Below are positions 29,174 through 39,461 of a stretch of DNA of 45,437 nt, piece after piece. Origin of the DNA: Promethearchaeati archaeon (GTDB taxonomy: Archaea; Asgardarchaeota; Heimdallarchaeia; JABLTI01). The stretch's first letter is position 1, and the number at the start of each line of letters is the position of its first letter. The position numbers and the translations under genes were made by a program. Location of the stretch: positions 1 to 45,437 of the forward strand of contig JABLTI010000012.1 of the NCBI GenBank assembly GCA_013166835.1. The letters are read 5' to 3'. A model generated the notes under the pieces. That model did no database searches and was not told the DNA's origin. It was given only the letters and a program-made list of their open reading frames with translations.

Positions 29174-29947
29174 TTAGGAAATATTGATGTCTGAGATTTT
29201 TGGCAAATGAATTTTAAGGTATCTGAATGCTCCGAATGCTTGTATTATGTATAGAATAGCTTCTAAATAGAATGTCAATTTTTGTCCTATAATACTTGTT
29301 TGTAAATATGGAACTAGAATATCGAACAGAGAAAAGATAAGGAAAACTGTAAATAGGAGAAAAATACTGAGATATGTCAAATAAATATAGGCATACACAT
29401 TTGGATAGTTTTCATCCTTTAAAATTGTAAGAATAAATAAAATAAGTAAAACTAATTTAAAGAAGAAAGCAAAAACAACAAACACATTATGAGGGAGAAG
29501 ATAAATATCCATAGGTAAAAATCCTATAATCATATAAGTGATACCATTCAAAACACCGAAGACTAATATGGTGGTTCCGAATTTAGATAAATTTGTTTTT
29601 TTATAAAAATCTGAAAATACAATACCGAAAGCAAGTGCTGCAAAACCAACAATTACTAGAGTTGTAGTAAAAATTATTCTAGATACCAGATTTAATTCAC
29701 CAGAAATTGAGAACGTCATACCTAAATCACTTATATAATTCCACAAAAATGAATAACCAGGATTGTTGACATCTACATGTGACCCTCCCTGATAGAAGAA
29801 AGATGCTATTAAATTATTAAGAAGAAATAGAAATGAGCTACAAATACTAATTACTAAAAAAGCCTCTCTCCAATATCTGAAAAAAAATGTTATTTTTTCA
29901 AATCTAGATTTTCTTAAATCTGATGTAGGATTTTCTTGTTTTGACAT
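29174..29947 (-). CDS. Multi-pass membrane protein (DUF998-like)
   Basis: Y.GG......PGYSF..NYISDLG, G..P.D....H; about six TMs. Confidence 0.65.
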   Translation of the reverse strand: MSKQENPTSDLRKSRFEKITFFFRYWREAFLVISICSSFLFLLNNLIASFFYQGGSHVDVNNPGYSFLWNYISDLGMTFSISGELNLVSRIIFTTTLVIVGFAALAFGIVFSDFYKKTNLSKFGTTILVFGVLNGITYMIIGFLPMDIYLLPHNVFVVFAFFFKLVLLILFILTILKDENYPNVYAYIYLTYLSIFLLFTVFLIFSLFDILVPYLQTSIIGQKLTFYLEAILYIIQAFGAFRYLKIHLPKISDINIS

Positions 29948-30092
29948 GAAGTCCCCCTCCCATGGTAATCATAAACCATACAAATAAAATAACTTATTGT
30001 TGAAAAAACAATGATTCGTTTATTACCAAAACTTTTCGTCTCTTGGCATAAATGTAATCATTCTGATTTTAGGGTAGGAGTTGAAATGAATA

Positions 30093-30620
30093 TTATTTAC
30101 TCAGTTGCTTTTTTTTCTTCTTCTTTTCTATTTCATTCATGTCAAAAGCTTCGGTTGTACACATAGATGCTGGAGAAACATCTTGGAATCGTTTTTCTTT
30201 GACCACAAACAATTCACCTTTTCCATCTTCTGTGAATGTCTTCACTGTGCGACCTTCATGATGACCGAGAGGCCCTGGATATTGAACATAACGAAAAGTA
30301 AGCCGATAATATGCTGAGAGTAACGCCCAACTATCAAGCTCATCGGAATGAGCAACTTTTTCAAGAGCATTTTCAGGCAAACCAATCCAATTATACCATG
30401 CATGAACATCTTCGGGATCACCTGAGGCACGATCAGTACTTGGATCCATTGTCGCACCAGTATAATTTATCAGTGCTTTAAGGCACAACTATTTACCAAC
30501 CATAACTTGAATCATCTCACAAGTAACAGGACCAGATTCTGTAAATCCGGATCCAAACTCATCATCAACTTCAGATACAAGTTTCTCTTTAAGATATTTC
30601 TCTAATTCCTTTGTTTTCAA
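30093..30620 (-). pseudogene. Hypothetical protein interrupted by an in-frame TAG (30489-30491): nonsense lesion, sequence error or readthrough
   Basis: TTG 30620 with AAGTGA RBS gives MKTKELEKYLKEKLVSEVDDEFGSGFTESGPVTCEMIQVMVGK*LCLKALINY..., continuous with tracked ORF 30093..30488. Confidence 0.65.
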
Positions 30621-30651
30621 TTAAATCACTTACAAACAGGATTTTTACACA

Positions 30652-32553
30652 TTATAGGTTTTGCTCTTTGCTAATTTTCTCAATCATTTCCTCTGCTTTC
30701 TTATCTTCTTTATCTAATGAAACAAGCTTCTCAAAACACTTCTTTGCATTTTCTATTTTTCTATAGGCGTATAGCTGATTTCCAAAATTTCTTAGATTAT
30801 CTTTGAATATCTCATCAATTTCAATTGTCTTTAGAATGAAATCGTAGGCTACATCAAATCCTTTTTGAAGATTTAGTATTTCTGCAATACCAGAGTACGA
30901 TACTTTAAATCCATGCTTTTTGTGTATGTTTGATTTACATTCTTCAAGTAATTCATCAATATTCAATTCAGTTTTAGTTAATGGAATATTTCCGTAATTT
31001 ATCTTATCTTCATCTAAGAGAAATGATTCTCCATCCCCTGTAAAGAATACATTGTTTTGATATTCTTCTAATTTCAAGTTATCAGACAAATATAAGTAAA
31101 GATAACCATTGGAGATATTCAAAATTGTATGATGATCTATGCCATAAATAGTAAACTTATATATTCCAAGGAATTTCTCCCAAAATTGCTTATTTGGACC
31201 AATCTCATCATTTGGAGTATCATTCTGTTTTAAATGGAAAAGAAAATCATTAGTTATCCACTTCAATAATTTTACTTTTTCTTGCTTGTCCAAAATGAAG
31301 GTAAACTTGTTTCCGTCTTCAGTTAAGTATTCTAGTTCATTTTGTGGATATAGAATTTGCTTCTTTCCAAAAGTATTGAAAACATATAGCTTCTCATCCT
31401 CGTAGACAATGTTTCGCATACTTATTCTATGACCAAAATACGTTCCTACAAGTTTTTTCAGCTTCCTAGGTTCAACATATACGACTTTTGGTTTGGTTTT
31501 CTCCTTATACATTAATCCTAATGCTTTTCTTGCAAGCTTTACTTGCTCTCCGGAGTGATGTGCAGAATTAGTGAAAACAATAGCGGAAATTTTGTGATCC
31601 AATATCCAACTATGCTGTGTCTGATATCCGTAGCCCCCACCTCCATGACAGTAAACTTCAACACCATTAATTGGATTTTCTTTGTAAATACCCAAACTAT
31701 ATTTGTTTTTCACTCCATCCTCTTCAAATTGAGGTTTATACATTTCCTCAAAATGCTCTTTGGAAATTAGCTGTTTACCATTAGCTTTTCCTTTATTCAG
31801 ATGTAACATTGCTATTTTTGCTTGTTCATTAACCGAAATGTACACACCGCCAGCTCCCAACATTGGAACTTGAACAGTAGGTGTTTGAAATTCGCCAATA
31901 GTGCCTTTAGCAAATGAATGAGATAAAGCTTCATCAATATCTAATGTAGCTTTTTTAATTCCTATAGGTTGAAATAATTCTTCTTTTACGACATCTGGAA
32001 AAGTTTTCTTCATAATTTTACCTAGAACGTATCCAGTTAAATCAAAACCAATATTAGCATATGCAAATTCAGAACCAACTTTACTTCTCAACCAGGTATC
32101 TGCAATACTTGCTATATGCTCTTCTTTGGTACAAGGGGCATCGTCAAAATTGTTCCCAACAGCTGCTTCATGAGTGAAGCTTGCTGTATGGCTAAGCATT
32201 CTTCTAAAAGTTATTTTCTCAATTTCTTTATCTCTATTGCCAAATTTTGTATTAACAACAAATTCAGGATAGTGTTTTCTTATCGGATCATCGAGATCTA
32301 TTAATCCTTTACTTGCTAATATCATGAAAGTTGTTGCAGTAACAGTCTTTCCCATTGATTGAGTACTAAAGAGAGTATCAGCAGTAACCTTCTCTTTCTT
32401 TGTTATATCTGTGAAGCCAAAACCCTCTGACCAAATAATTTTATCATCATCAACTAATGCTATGGCTAGTCCACAGATTTTTTCTTTTGTAATAACTTCC
32501 TTTACTTCTTCTCTCATTTCTTCGATTAGAGTATTGTAATTAATTGAATCCAT
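30652..32553 (-). CDS. Serine hydrolase (beta-lactamase class C/PBP-like) with C-terminal accessory domains and a TPR-like end
   Basis: F...SMGK (SxxK), LSHTA, YAN, HGG. Confidence 0.88.
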   Translation of the reverse strand: MDSINYNTLIEEMREEVKEVITKEKICGLAIALVDDDKIIWSEGFGFTDITKKEKVTADTLFSTQSMGKTVTATTFMILASKGLIDLDDPIRKHYPEFVVNTKFGNRDKEIEKITFRRMLSHTASFTHEAAVGNNFDDAPCTKEEHIASIADTWLRSKVGSEFAYANIGFDLTGYVLGKIMKKTFPDVVKEELFQPIGIKKATLDIDEALSHSFAKGTIGEFQTPTVQVPMLGAGGVYISVNEQAKIAMLHLNKGKANGKQLISKEHFEEMYKPQFEEDGVKNKYSLGIYKENPINGVEVYCHGGGGYGYQTQHSWILDHKISAIVFTNSAHHSGEQVKLARKALGLMYKEKTKPKVVYVEPRKLKKLVGTYFGHRISMRNIVYEDEKLYVFNTFGKKQILYPQNELEYLTEDGNKFTFILDKQEKVKLLKWITNDFLFHLKQNDTPNDEIGPNKQFWEKFLGIYKFTIYGIDHHTILNISNGYLYLYLSDNLKLEEYQNNVFFTGDGESFLLDEDKINYGNIPLTKTELNIDELLEECKSNIHKKHGFKVSYSGIAEILNLQKGFDVAYDFILKTIEIDEIFKDNLRNFGNQLYAYRKIENAKKCFEKLVSLDKEDKKAEEMIEKISKEQNL

Positions 32554-32709
32554 TTTTATCACATATTTTATTTTTAAATGAATAGATTTAGAAACCAAGC
32601 ATGTTTGATAAATTCAGAACCATTATATAAATAATTATTACAATTCTTGGTTTTCTAATTATATACTATAACTATAAAAAAGAAAATTCAGTAATACATT
32701 TGAAGAAAA

Positions 32710-33987
32710 TTGTTAAGAGAACTAAACGATTTAGAATTTATTAGTTTAGCAGTAGGGCAACCATTCAACATAGCTGTCATGCTAAAGATAAAAGGTTGTG
32801 TAGAGATAAAACTTCTTGAATCTACATTCAACAAACTACAGAAAAGGCATCCTTTGTTGCAAGTAAGAATTTTTTCTGATGAAAATGATCGTCCCTGGTT
32901 TACATCTGAAGGTGTTGGAACGATACCAGTTACGGAAATTAAAAGAACAGATGATTCTCAAGCTTTACTTGAATTTCACAGACAACTTTCTACGCCATTT
33001 GATTTAGAGAGGGAGAAATTACCTTTAATCAGGATTTCAGCGATTTCTTCTCCTGAAATTACTGAAATAATTATCTGTGCTTCCCATACTATTTCTGATG
33101 GTTTCTCTTTGGTTTTCTTATTTCGAGACATGATTAAATATATGGTAAATCCAGAGGAAGAAATAATACCACTTGATTTTCCGAAAAAGGATGTTGATAT
33201 TTTTACTCCAAAAATTAGAAGAATGATGCCAAAAACATCATTTTTCGCTTATATAGTATATGCTCTACTGAGATTCTATTATTTTCTTCGATATGTGTTT
33301 ATAGGAAAACGGAAACCGGCTGATATTAATATAAAGGAAGATGACTTGGAGATTCACTTCTGTAAACTTACTGAAGATCAGACTGCTGAATTATTGAAGA
33401 GATGTAAGAAGGAGAAAGTCTCCGTTCATAGTGCCATAAGCACAGCATTTTCTCAAGAATATCCTATTTTTGGTAGTCCGGTTAATTTACGAGGAAGACT
33501 GAATCCGCAAATTGGCGAATCATTTGGTTTTTACTCAGGTGTTGCAGTTTACAAGAAGAAATACCGAAAATCACTCAATTTTTGGCAAAACGCACGAAGA
33601 TTACAAAAGAGATTAAAGAAAGGTTTACGAGATAGAAAGCTCTTCTTAGTTCAAAAATTATTATCTAAAAGGATCTCTTTGGAATTACTACGAAAAATTG
33701 GTACGTATTATATTGAGATAGTAACTAAGAAACAACCCTTTTCAGTTGACAATTTAGGACTATTAGATAAACACATACAAGATATTGGATTAGAGAAATT
33801 CCCTACTATTGAGAGATTTTTTGGTGGAACAACAAATTTTCTTGATACATTCATTGTTCTATTTTACACTCTTAGAAGTGAAATGCATTTTTATTTCCAT
33901 TATACAAAAACGAAATACTCACCTGAAGAAATCAGGTCATACGCTGAAACGGTTATGAAAAGATTAGTAGATGCAATAGAAAAATAG
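32710..33987 (+). CDS. Condensation-domain/alcohol acyltransferase (PapA5-like)
   Basis: LQKRHPLL, SHTISDG (HxxxDG), PVNLR, DNLG. Confidence 0.8.
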   Translation: MLRELNDLEFISLAVGQPFNIAVMLKIKGCVEIKLLESTFNKLQKRHPLLQVRIFSDENDRPWFTSEGVGTIPVTEIKRTDDSQALLEFHRQLSTPFDLEREKLPLIRISAISSPEITEIIICASHTISDGFSLVFLFRDMIKYMVNPEEEIIPLDFPKKDVDIFTPKIRRMMPKTSFFAYIVYALLRFYYFLRYVFIGKRKPADINIKEDDLEIHFCKLTEDQTAELLKRCKKEKVSVHSAISTAFSQEYPIFGSPVNLRGRLNPQIGESFGFYSGVAVYKKKYRKSLNFWQNARRLQKRLKKGLRDRKLFLVQKLLSKRISLELLRKIGTYYIEIVTKKQPFSVDNLGLLDKHIQDIGLEKFPTIERFFGGTTNFLDTFIVLFYTLRSEMHFYFHYTKTKYSPEEIRSYAETVMKRLVDAIEK

Positions 33988-34052
33988 TGATACAATAATT
34001 GGAAAATTTTTATTAGTAGAATTAATCATTTTTAGTATTGTGGGTGATTTTC

Positions 34053-34831
34053 TTGAGTCTCTTAAAAGATGATAGAAAAACATTGACTGAAAAAGAAGCA
34101 GCAATAATTTTTGATGCAGAAGCAATAAACATTATTTATGAAACCAAACCTGAAATTGTTGAACGTTTATTACCACCGCCTTTAGAACCGTTTGAGATTC
34201 CATTAGTCAGGGTGTATATCGCTAATTTCCCAAGAACTAACTTTGGGATAATATACAAAGAAGTGGCATTATTACTAGTTTGTAAATATAAAGGAGAAAT
34301 AGGAGTCTACACTCTCAGCATGCCTGTGGATAATGATATGGCTATGGTGCTTGGAAGGGATATTTTTGGATATCCGAAAAAAGTAGGCAATATCCATTTG
34401 GAAAAGAAAGGCAACAATGTTCATGGTTGGGTGGAACGCAACGGAGTTCGATTTGTAGAGATTAATGCAAAAACAGGAATCAAAATACCTGAAAAACAAG
34501 CAATAAAACACGGGTTAGGAGCAAATAAAAGTTAAGGAATTGGATTCAACTTTAAGCATTTTCCTGCACCAGATGTGAATGGTTTTGATTATAATCCGCG
34601 TTTAGTTAGACATCCTTTAGATTTTGAAAGAAGAACCTTGTTGAATGCTAAAGCAACTATTAAATTTAATCCATCAAAGGATGATCCTTGGTTTGAAGTT
34701 GTTAAGATGATTGGAGCATACTATGCAGTTCAGACAATAGGAATGTTAAAAGCTATAAAGTCGTAGCAGAAGTAGATCAAAATACTTTCATACCGTATTC
34801 TTTTCTGAAATGGGATGAAGAAAATATCTGA
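34053..34831 (+). pseudogene. Acetoacetate decarboxylase family gene, disrupted
   Basis: LLPPPL, Y.E, GRDIFGYPKK; in-frame TAA at 34533 then GIGFNFKHFP...; frameshift near 34755 to KVVAEVD..FIPYSFLKWD, TGA at 34829-34831. Confidence 0.8.
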
Positions 34832-34855
34832 AGATAGAGCATGATTGAATAATGA

Positions 34856-35680
34856 TTATTCTTTCTGAAGAACGTATTGGAAATAAATCATTGTACCATC
34901 AGCAAACTCTGCGTATCTTTGTGATTCTTTAGTGCTTGAAAATTCCTCTGCCAACCCATGAAACATTTTAGGGGTTTTCTTCTTAATGAGTTGACATCGT
35001 CTTTCGGAATCCAAATCCAGAGCTTTGACAACATTCTGAATAATATTAACTTCTTTTTTAACCTCAAGTCCGACCCTCTTGAATCGCTCTCGTAACTGCT
35101 CATTTTCTTCTTCTGTTCGTATGTCTGCAAACAAAAGATGTCCGCCAGGTCGAAGAACACGATGAACCTCAGATATGAAAGCATCCATATCATTGTAACT
35201 TCTTGAAGATTCAACATTAACTATCGCATCAAATGATTGATCTTCAAAAGGAAGCTTCTGAGCATTCCCCTCCACAAAAGAAAGACCAGGTACCTTGTGA
35301 AATTTAGTATTAAATTTAATAACATCCTTAGACATGTCTAAGCCAATATAGGAGGTTGGTTTGAAATACCGAGTAATATACGAAGCTCCACCACCACGAC
35401 CACAGCCAACTTCGAGAACATCTTTGTTTTCAAGGGCAACATCTACTACTGTTGAGTGATATAACTGAAGACAATATCTCTCCTTTTCATCATTAGCCTG
35501 TAATTTTAGAGATTCGTGCTTGGAATCTAAATACTCGTAACCGTAATTCAAGAAAACTAATTCAGATCCATCATATTTTCTGATAATGAATCGATGCATT
35601 GATCGCCATAATAGTTTTTTTAAAAACATCGATGCAGAAAGATAAAAAGTAATGATTTTCCTCATTTTTCTAACCAACAA
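34856..35680 (-). CDS. Class I SAM methyltransferase (phthiotriol/fatty-acid O-methyltransferase-like)
   Basis: FLNYGY, RYCLQLYH, LEVGCGRGGGASY, NVESS, LRPGG. Confidence 0.85.
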   Translation of the reverse strand: MLVRKMRKIITFYLSASMFLKKLLWRSMHRFIIRKYDGSELVFLNYGYEYLDSKHESLKLQANDEKERYCLQLYHSTVVDVALENKDVLEVGCGRGGGASYITRYFKPTSYIGLDMSKDVIKFNTKFHKVPGLSFVEGNAQKLPFEDQSFDAIVNVESSRSYNDMDAFISEVHRVLRPGGHLLFADIRTEEENEQLRERFKRVGLEVKKEVNIIQNVVKALDLDSERRCQLIKKKTPKMFHGLAEEFSSTKESQRYAEFADGTMIYFQYVLQKE

Positions 35681-35765
35681 TTTTTAATGTACATTATAAT
35701 GTTTGATAAAAGAAGATTCCATTTATACTTCTTTCTAAATAAACCAAAAATACTCTTTTTTTAGC

Positions 35766-36272
35766 TTATTTTATCTCTGAAGCTTCAATTATGGCTTGTG
35801 TTGGTATACGTTGTAAACAATGAGGACATGTTCCCTTTGTTTTCACCCATTCAAATAGATGTGCGAAATGTCCTTTTGATTCACAAAGGCTGCATTTTCC
35901 AATTTCATCACCAAAGGAGATGGGTAATTTGCATACTGTACATCGGAGTATTCTTTTCCCACAATCAGGACAAAATTCACTATGCTTTTTAAGAGGAAAG
36001 CCACACCAAAAACAAGTTTGATACTTTTTTTCAGTATAATTAGCAAATTCAGATTGAGAAGATGCAAGAATAGGAAGATCTTCTTGAGTTTTTCTTTTTT
36101 TAGCATAAATAACAACAATACCAACAATTACAGATATTATTCCTACAATCGCGATTATTGGCCAAATGGAAAAACTAAAAGTACCTCTCAGATAAATAAA
36201 AGCAAAAATTCCACCTAAGAAAGTGAGACCCAAACCACCAATAGTAATTGATAATGTTTTATTATTAACCAT
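35766..36272 (-). CDS. Membrane-anchored zinc-ribbon plus RING-like protein
   Basis: Two N-terminal TMs; CFWC/CPDC ribbon; CTVC..CSLC..H..H...W......CPHC. Confidence 0.75.
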   Translation of the reverse strand: MVNNKTLSITIGGLGLTFLGGIFAFIYLRGTFSFSIWPIIAIVGIISVIVGIVVIYAKKRKTQEDLPILASSQSEFANYTEKKYQTCFWCGFPLKKHSEFCPDCGKRILRCTVCKLPISFGDEIGKCSLCESKGHFAHLFEWVKTKGTCPHCLQRIPTQAIIEASEIK

Positions 36273-36435
36273 TATTTTTCATCCGAACAATATTCAAGTT
36301 AATAATTAAGCAATCAATAAAATAAAACTAAACATAACTCTGGGAAATCAAGAATAAAAATTGTGATTTTTCTTCTTTTTTCTCTATAATACCCAGATTA
36401 ATCCAAACTTTAACTTATTTATTTACTAAGCTAGT

Positions 36436-37314
36436 ATGGGATGTAAAATAATAATGAGTCTTGACAAGAAAAAAGAAGCAGAGTTATTCTATGAGAAAGC
36501 CGTTGAACTGCATAAAGAACATAAGAAAGAGCAGGCGATTGAATACATAGAAAAAAGTATCAAGATAAATCAAGAAATTAATTATCTACCGGGTTTAGCT
36601 GAAACTATTTACTATGAAGGGATAATATATCATGAAACAGGACATGATGTAGAAAAGGCTCTAAATTTCTTTGAGGAAGCACTTCGACTTTTTAGAAAGA
36701 TCAATGATGAGAAAGGCATTGGGAAAGCATTATACAATATTGGTTGGACCTATCGAGATATAGGGAAGCTAGAAAAAGCATTAGAATACACTAAAGAAAA
36801 TTTAGCACTCCAAGAAAAAATAGGTGATGAAGATAGAACCGCTTGGGCGCATGTAAGTATTGGATGGGTATACACTGCAAGAAAAGAATATGATCTAGCT
36901 GAAGAGGAATATCAAAAAAGCATTGAAATCTTCGAGAAAAGAAAGGACGACAAAGGATTAGCTTTTACCTTGAGATTTCGAGCAACTAATCTAAAACACA
37001 ATGAAGAACTTCAAAAAGCATTGAAGTATTTCCAGGAATGTTTGAAGTTATTTGAGAAAATTGAAAATAAATGGCAAATGGCTTTGACTCTAAATGAGAT
37101 TGCTGAAATTTATGAGGAAGAGAAAAATAATGAGCAAGCAATTGAATACTATGAGCAGATGTTATCCATTTGTGAAGAGCTTGAAAAAACAGATGTTGTT
37201 TTGAATATTCTAAAGCACCTGAAAGAGACAAGTTTGAAAATAAATAATCAAGAAAAAGCAAAAGAATATACCAGAAAACTGAGAAAAGCAAGTGAAGGAA
37301 ATTCTGTTAACTAA
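36436..37314 (+). CDS. Tetratricopeptide repeat protein (~40-aa repeats)
   Basis: Repeated A..L..IG..Y...G..EKAL.Y....L.L. Confidence 0.88.
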   Translation: MGCKIIMSLDKKKEAELFYEKAVELHKEHKKEQAIEYIEKSIKINQEINYLPGLAETIYYEGIIYHETGHDVEKALNFFEEALRLFRKINDEKGIGKALYNIGWTYRDIGKLEKALEYTKENLALQEKIGDEDRTAWAHVSIGWVYTARKEYDLAEEEYQKSIEIFEKRKDDKGLAFTLRFRATNLKHNEELQKALKYFQECLKLFEKIENKWQMALTLNEIAEIYEEEKNNEQAIEYYEQMLSICEELEKTDVVLNILKHLKETSLKINNQEKAKEYTRKLRKASEGNSVN

Positions 37315-37348
37315 GAATCTCCTACGTTGATTATCAGACATTCAGTTT

Positions 37349-38704
37349 TCAAGTTCTTTTCAGATATTCATTCTTTTGTAGTAATTCCTCTGCTAATCTT
37401 TGTTGTGTAATATCCTCACCAGAACTAATAATGGCTTCGATTTCATTATCTTCATTTAATAAAATTGCATTTTTCCAAGAAATCAAACGTTCTTCTCCAT
37501 CTTCTGTTAGAATATAGTTTTCGTAATCATCTTGAGAACTAACTTCTCCAGCTATAGCTTTAGCAAATTTAATCCTTACAGTTTCACGAATCGTTTCAGG
37601 AAGAAAATTATCAATCCAATTTTTACCAATTATTTCTTCCTTGGGATATTTCAGAATCTCACAACCACGTTTGTTTATCTGAACAACTTTACAATCTTTG
37701 TCTAAAACCACTAGAAGAGTTCCGGCAACATCAAAGTATTTCTGGGCTAAGTTTCGTTCTCTTCGCAATTTCTGTTCTAATTCGACTCTTTTTGTTACTT
37801 CAACCATGATAACAGCAATTGTAGAACCATTTTCATGATTAAATTTCTTTAATTGAGATGAAAGCCATTTCACTTTCTTACATGGAGAAATTATTCGATA
37901 ATAGAACTCAGGTACAAGTTCTTTCTCTTCAACTTTTCTAAATTGCTCCATTACAAAATCAAAATCATCAGGATGGATTATTTTTTCTAAATCCTCAAAT
38001 CTCAGAGATGAAATTGTGGATTGGGAATAACCAGAATGCTTGAAAACAACATCATTTGCAAAGATGATTTTTTCATCTTTGACTATTACAATCCCTGCTA
38101 CAGATTGTTCAACAAGTGAACGGAATCTTTCTTCACTTTCTTTGAGCTTCAATTCGGTAATTTTTCGATCAGTATTATCAATGATTATAGCAGAAACTGA
38201 AACTAGTTTTCCATCAATACTGTAAGCACCAATATTGAATTGTAACCACCAGCGTTCCTCGCCATCTTTTCTAATAATTTTATAATCCATTACCTTAGGA
38301 ATAACTCCACGTTTCATCTCATCGCAACAACTAAGAAAGTAATCTTTGAATTTCGGATGAACAATTGATGAAACGAAATTTGGTGTTTCCAGCCATTTTT
38401 CAACAGGAAAACCACTTAAATGTTCCAGAAATTTATCTGTGATTGAATATTTACAGGAAGGCAATTCCATTTTAACAAATCCTCTAACCCTTTTAGATAA
38501 AGTCTGATATAGACTTTCAAGCTCAGATATTTGTTGCTCTAATTGATTGACTTGAAATTGTAATTCCTTTTCAGCTATTAATTTATCCATTTCTGCTAAA
38601 TGCTCAAACTCTACATATGAGCAATTGAATCCATTTTCCTCTAGCAAAGATTTTGCATCTGAGATTTTGTCACTCGCACAGTCTTCTAATTGTATTAATT
38701 TCAC
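37349..38704 (-). CDS. Multi-PAS domain protein with no output domain
   Basis: HP..., I.RKDGEERW, DNTDRK; SEERFRSLVE, IHPDD; EIIGKNW, GEDITQQR. Confidence 0.85.
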   Translation of the reverse strand: MKLIQLEDCASDKISDAKSLLEENGFNCSYVEFEHLAEMDKLIAEKELQFQVNQLEQQISELESLYQTLSKRVRGFVKMELPSCKYSITDKFLEHLSGFPVEKWLETPNFVSSIVHPKFKDYFLSCCDEMKRGVIPKVMDYKIIRKDGEERWWLQFNIGAYSIDGKLVSVSAIIIDNTDRKITELKLKESEERFRSLVEQSVAGIVIVKDEKIIFANDVVFKHSGYSQSTISSLRFEDLEKIIHPDDFDFVMEQFRKVEEKELVPEFYYRIISPCKKVKWLSSQLKKFNHENGSTIAVIMVEVTKRVELEQKLRRERNLAQKYFDVAGTLLVVLDKDCKVVQINKRGCEILKYPKEEIIGKNWIDNFLPETIRETVRIKFAKAIAGEVSSQDDYENYILTEDGEERLISWKNAILLNEDNEIEAIISSGEDITQQRLAEELLQKNEYLKRT

Positions 38705-38866
38705 TACAGATTCTCCCTCAAATACATGGGATATTGTTACGTTAATGAGAATTAATAATCTTCAAAACGCTCATGGAATTACGAACCAAACAAGTATATA
38801 AACATAATAAAAGATTTGATTTTTCAAAGTAATCTTCAAGTCATAAGGCAGATAGAAAGAATAACA

Positions 38867-39385
38867 CTAACGCTTGTCAATTGGTAATTCAACAAAATAA
38901 GAAGTATGTTCATGATCTTTCCTTTGTTTAAGAAGACCAATACCTACTCCATGACAAATAATCTTTTTCGGCTTAATCTCAATAAAAACATATGATTCTT
39001 TTTCCTTCTTAGATATTTCACCCTTTGGGATTACTAATCTTAAAATCCTCTTCTGCTTAAAGACTTCTTGAGGAATAGGATCTTCAAATTGAAGTAATCT
39101 AGCAGTAGCTTGAAAATAAATTGTTGCTGCAGGTACAAAACGTAACCAATAATGTGGATAAGTTATTGTCAAGGAAACATAAGGATTTTTCTGGATATTC
39201 TTAGCCTTGAAATAGTCATTTTTTGTTAAAATGTATAATCTAAATTTCTCTTGTGGAGGAGAAACTCCATAGACTATACCTGAGGTATGTGCCCTTCCAA
39301 GAGGTGAAACTGTTCCGAGTATACCAAAGGTTTTCTTCCTAATTTGTTTCTCAACAAATTCCCAAGATTTACCGTAATCACTCAT
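38867..39385 (-). CDS. Pyridoxamine 5'-phosphate oxidase-like (split-barrel flavin-binding) protein
   Basis: FGILGTV...GRAHT.G..Y, KAKNI..NPYVSL; ATG 39385 avoids overlap with the next gene. Confidence 0.78.
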   Translation of the reverse strand: MSDYGKSWEFVEKQIRKKTFGILGTVSPLGRAHTSGIVYGVSPPQEKFRLYILTKNDYFKAKNIQKNPYVSLTITYPHYWLRFVPAATIYFQATARLLQFEDPIPQEVFKQKRILRLVIPKGEISKKEKESYVFIEIKPKKIICHGVGIGLLKQRKDHEHTSYFVELPIDKR

Positions 39386-39461
39386 TTGTTTCAAGAATAT
39401 GTTATCGATTATGATTTTAAATGTTAAGAATTGAATAATTGGAGAAAAAAAAGAGAAAATG

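Noticed and set aside
30093-34831. Genome-wide stop-codon reassignment
   Set aside because: TAA, TAG and TGA all end conserved genes at expected positions; the ADC gene also has a frameshift
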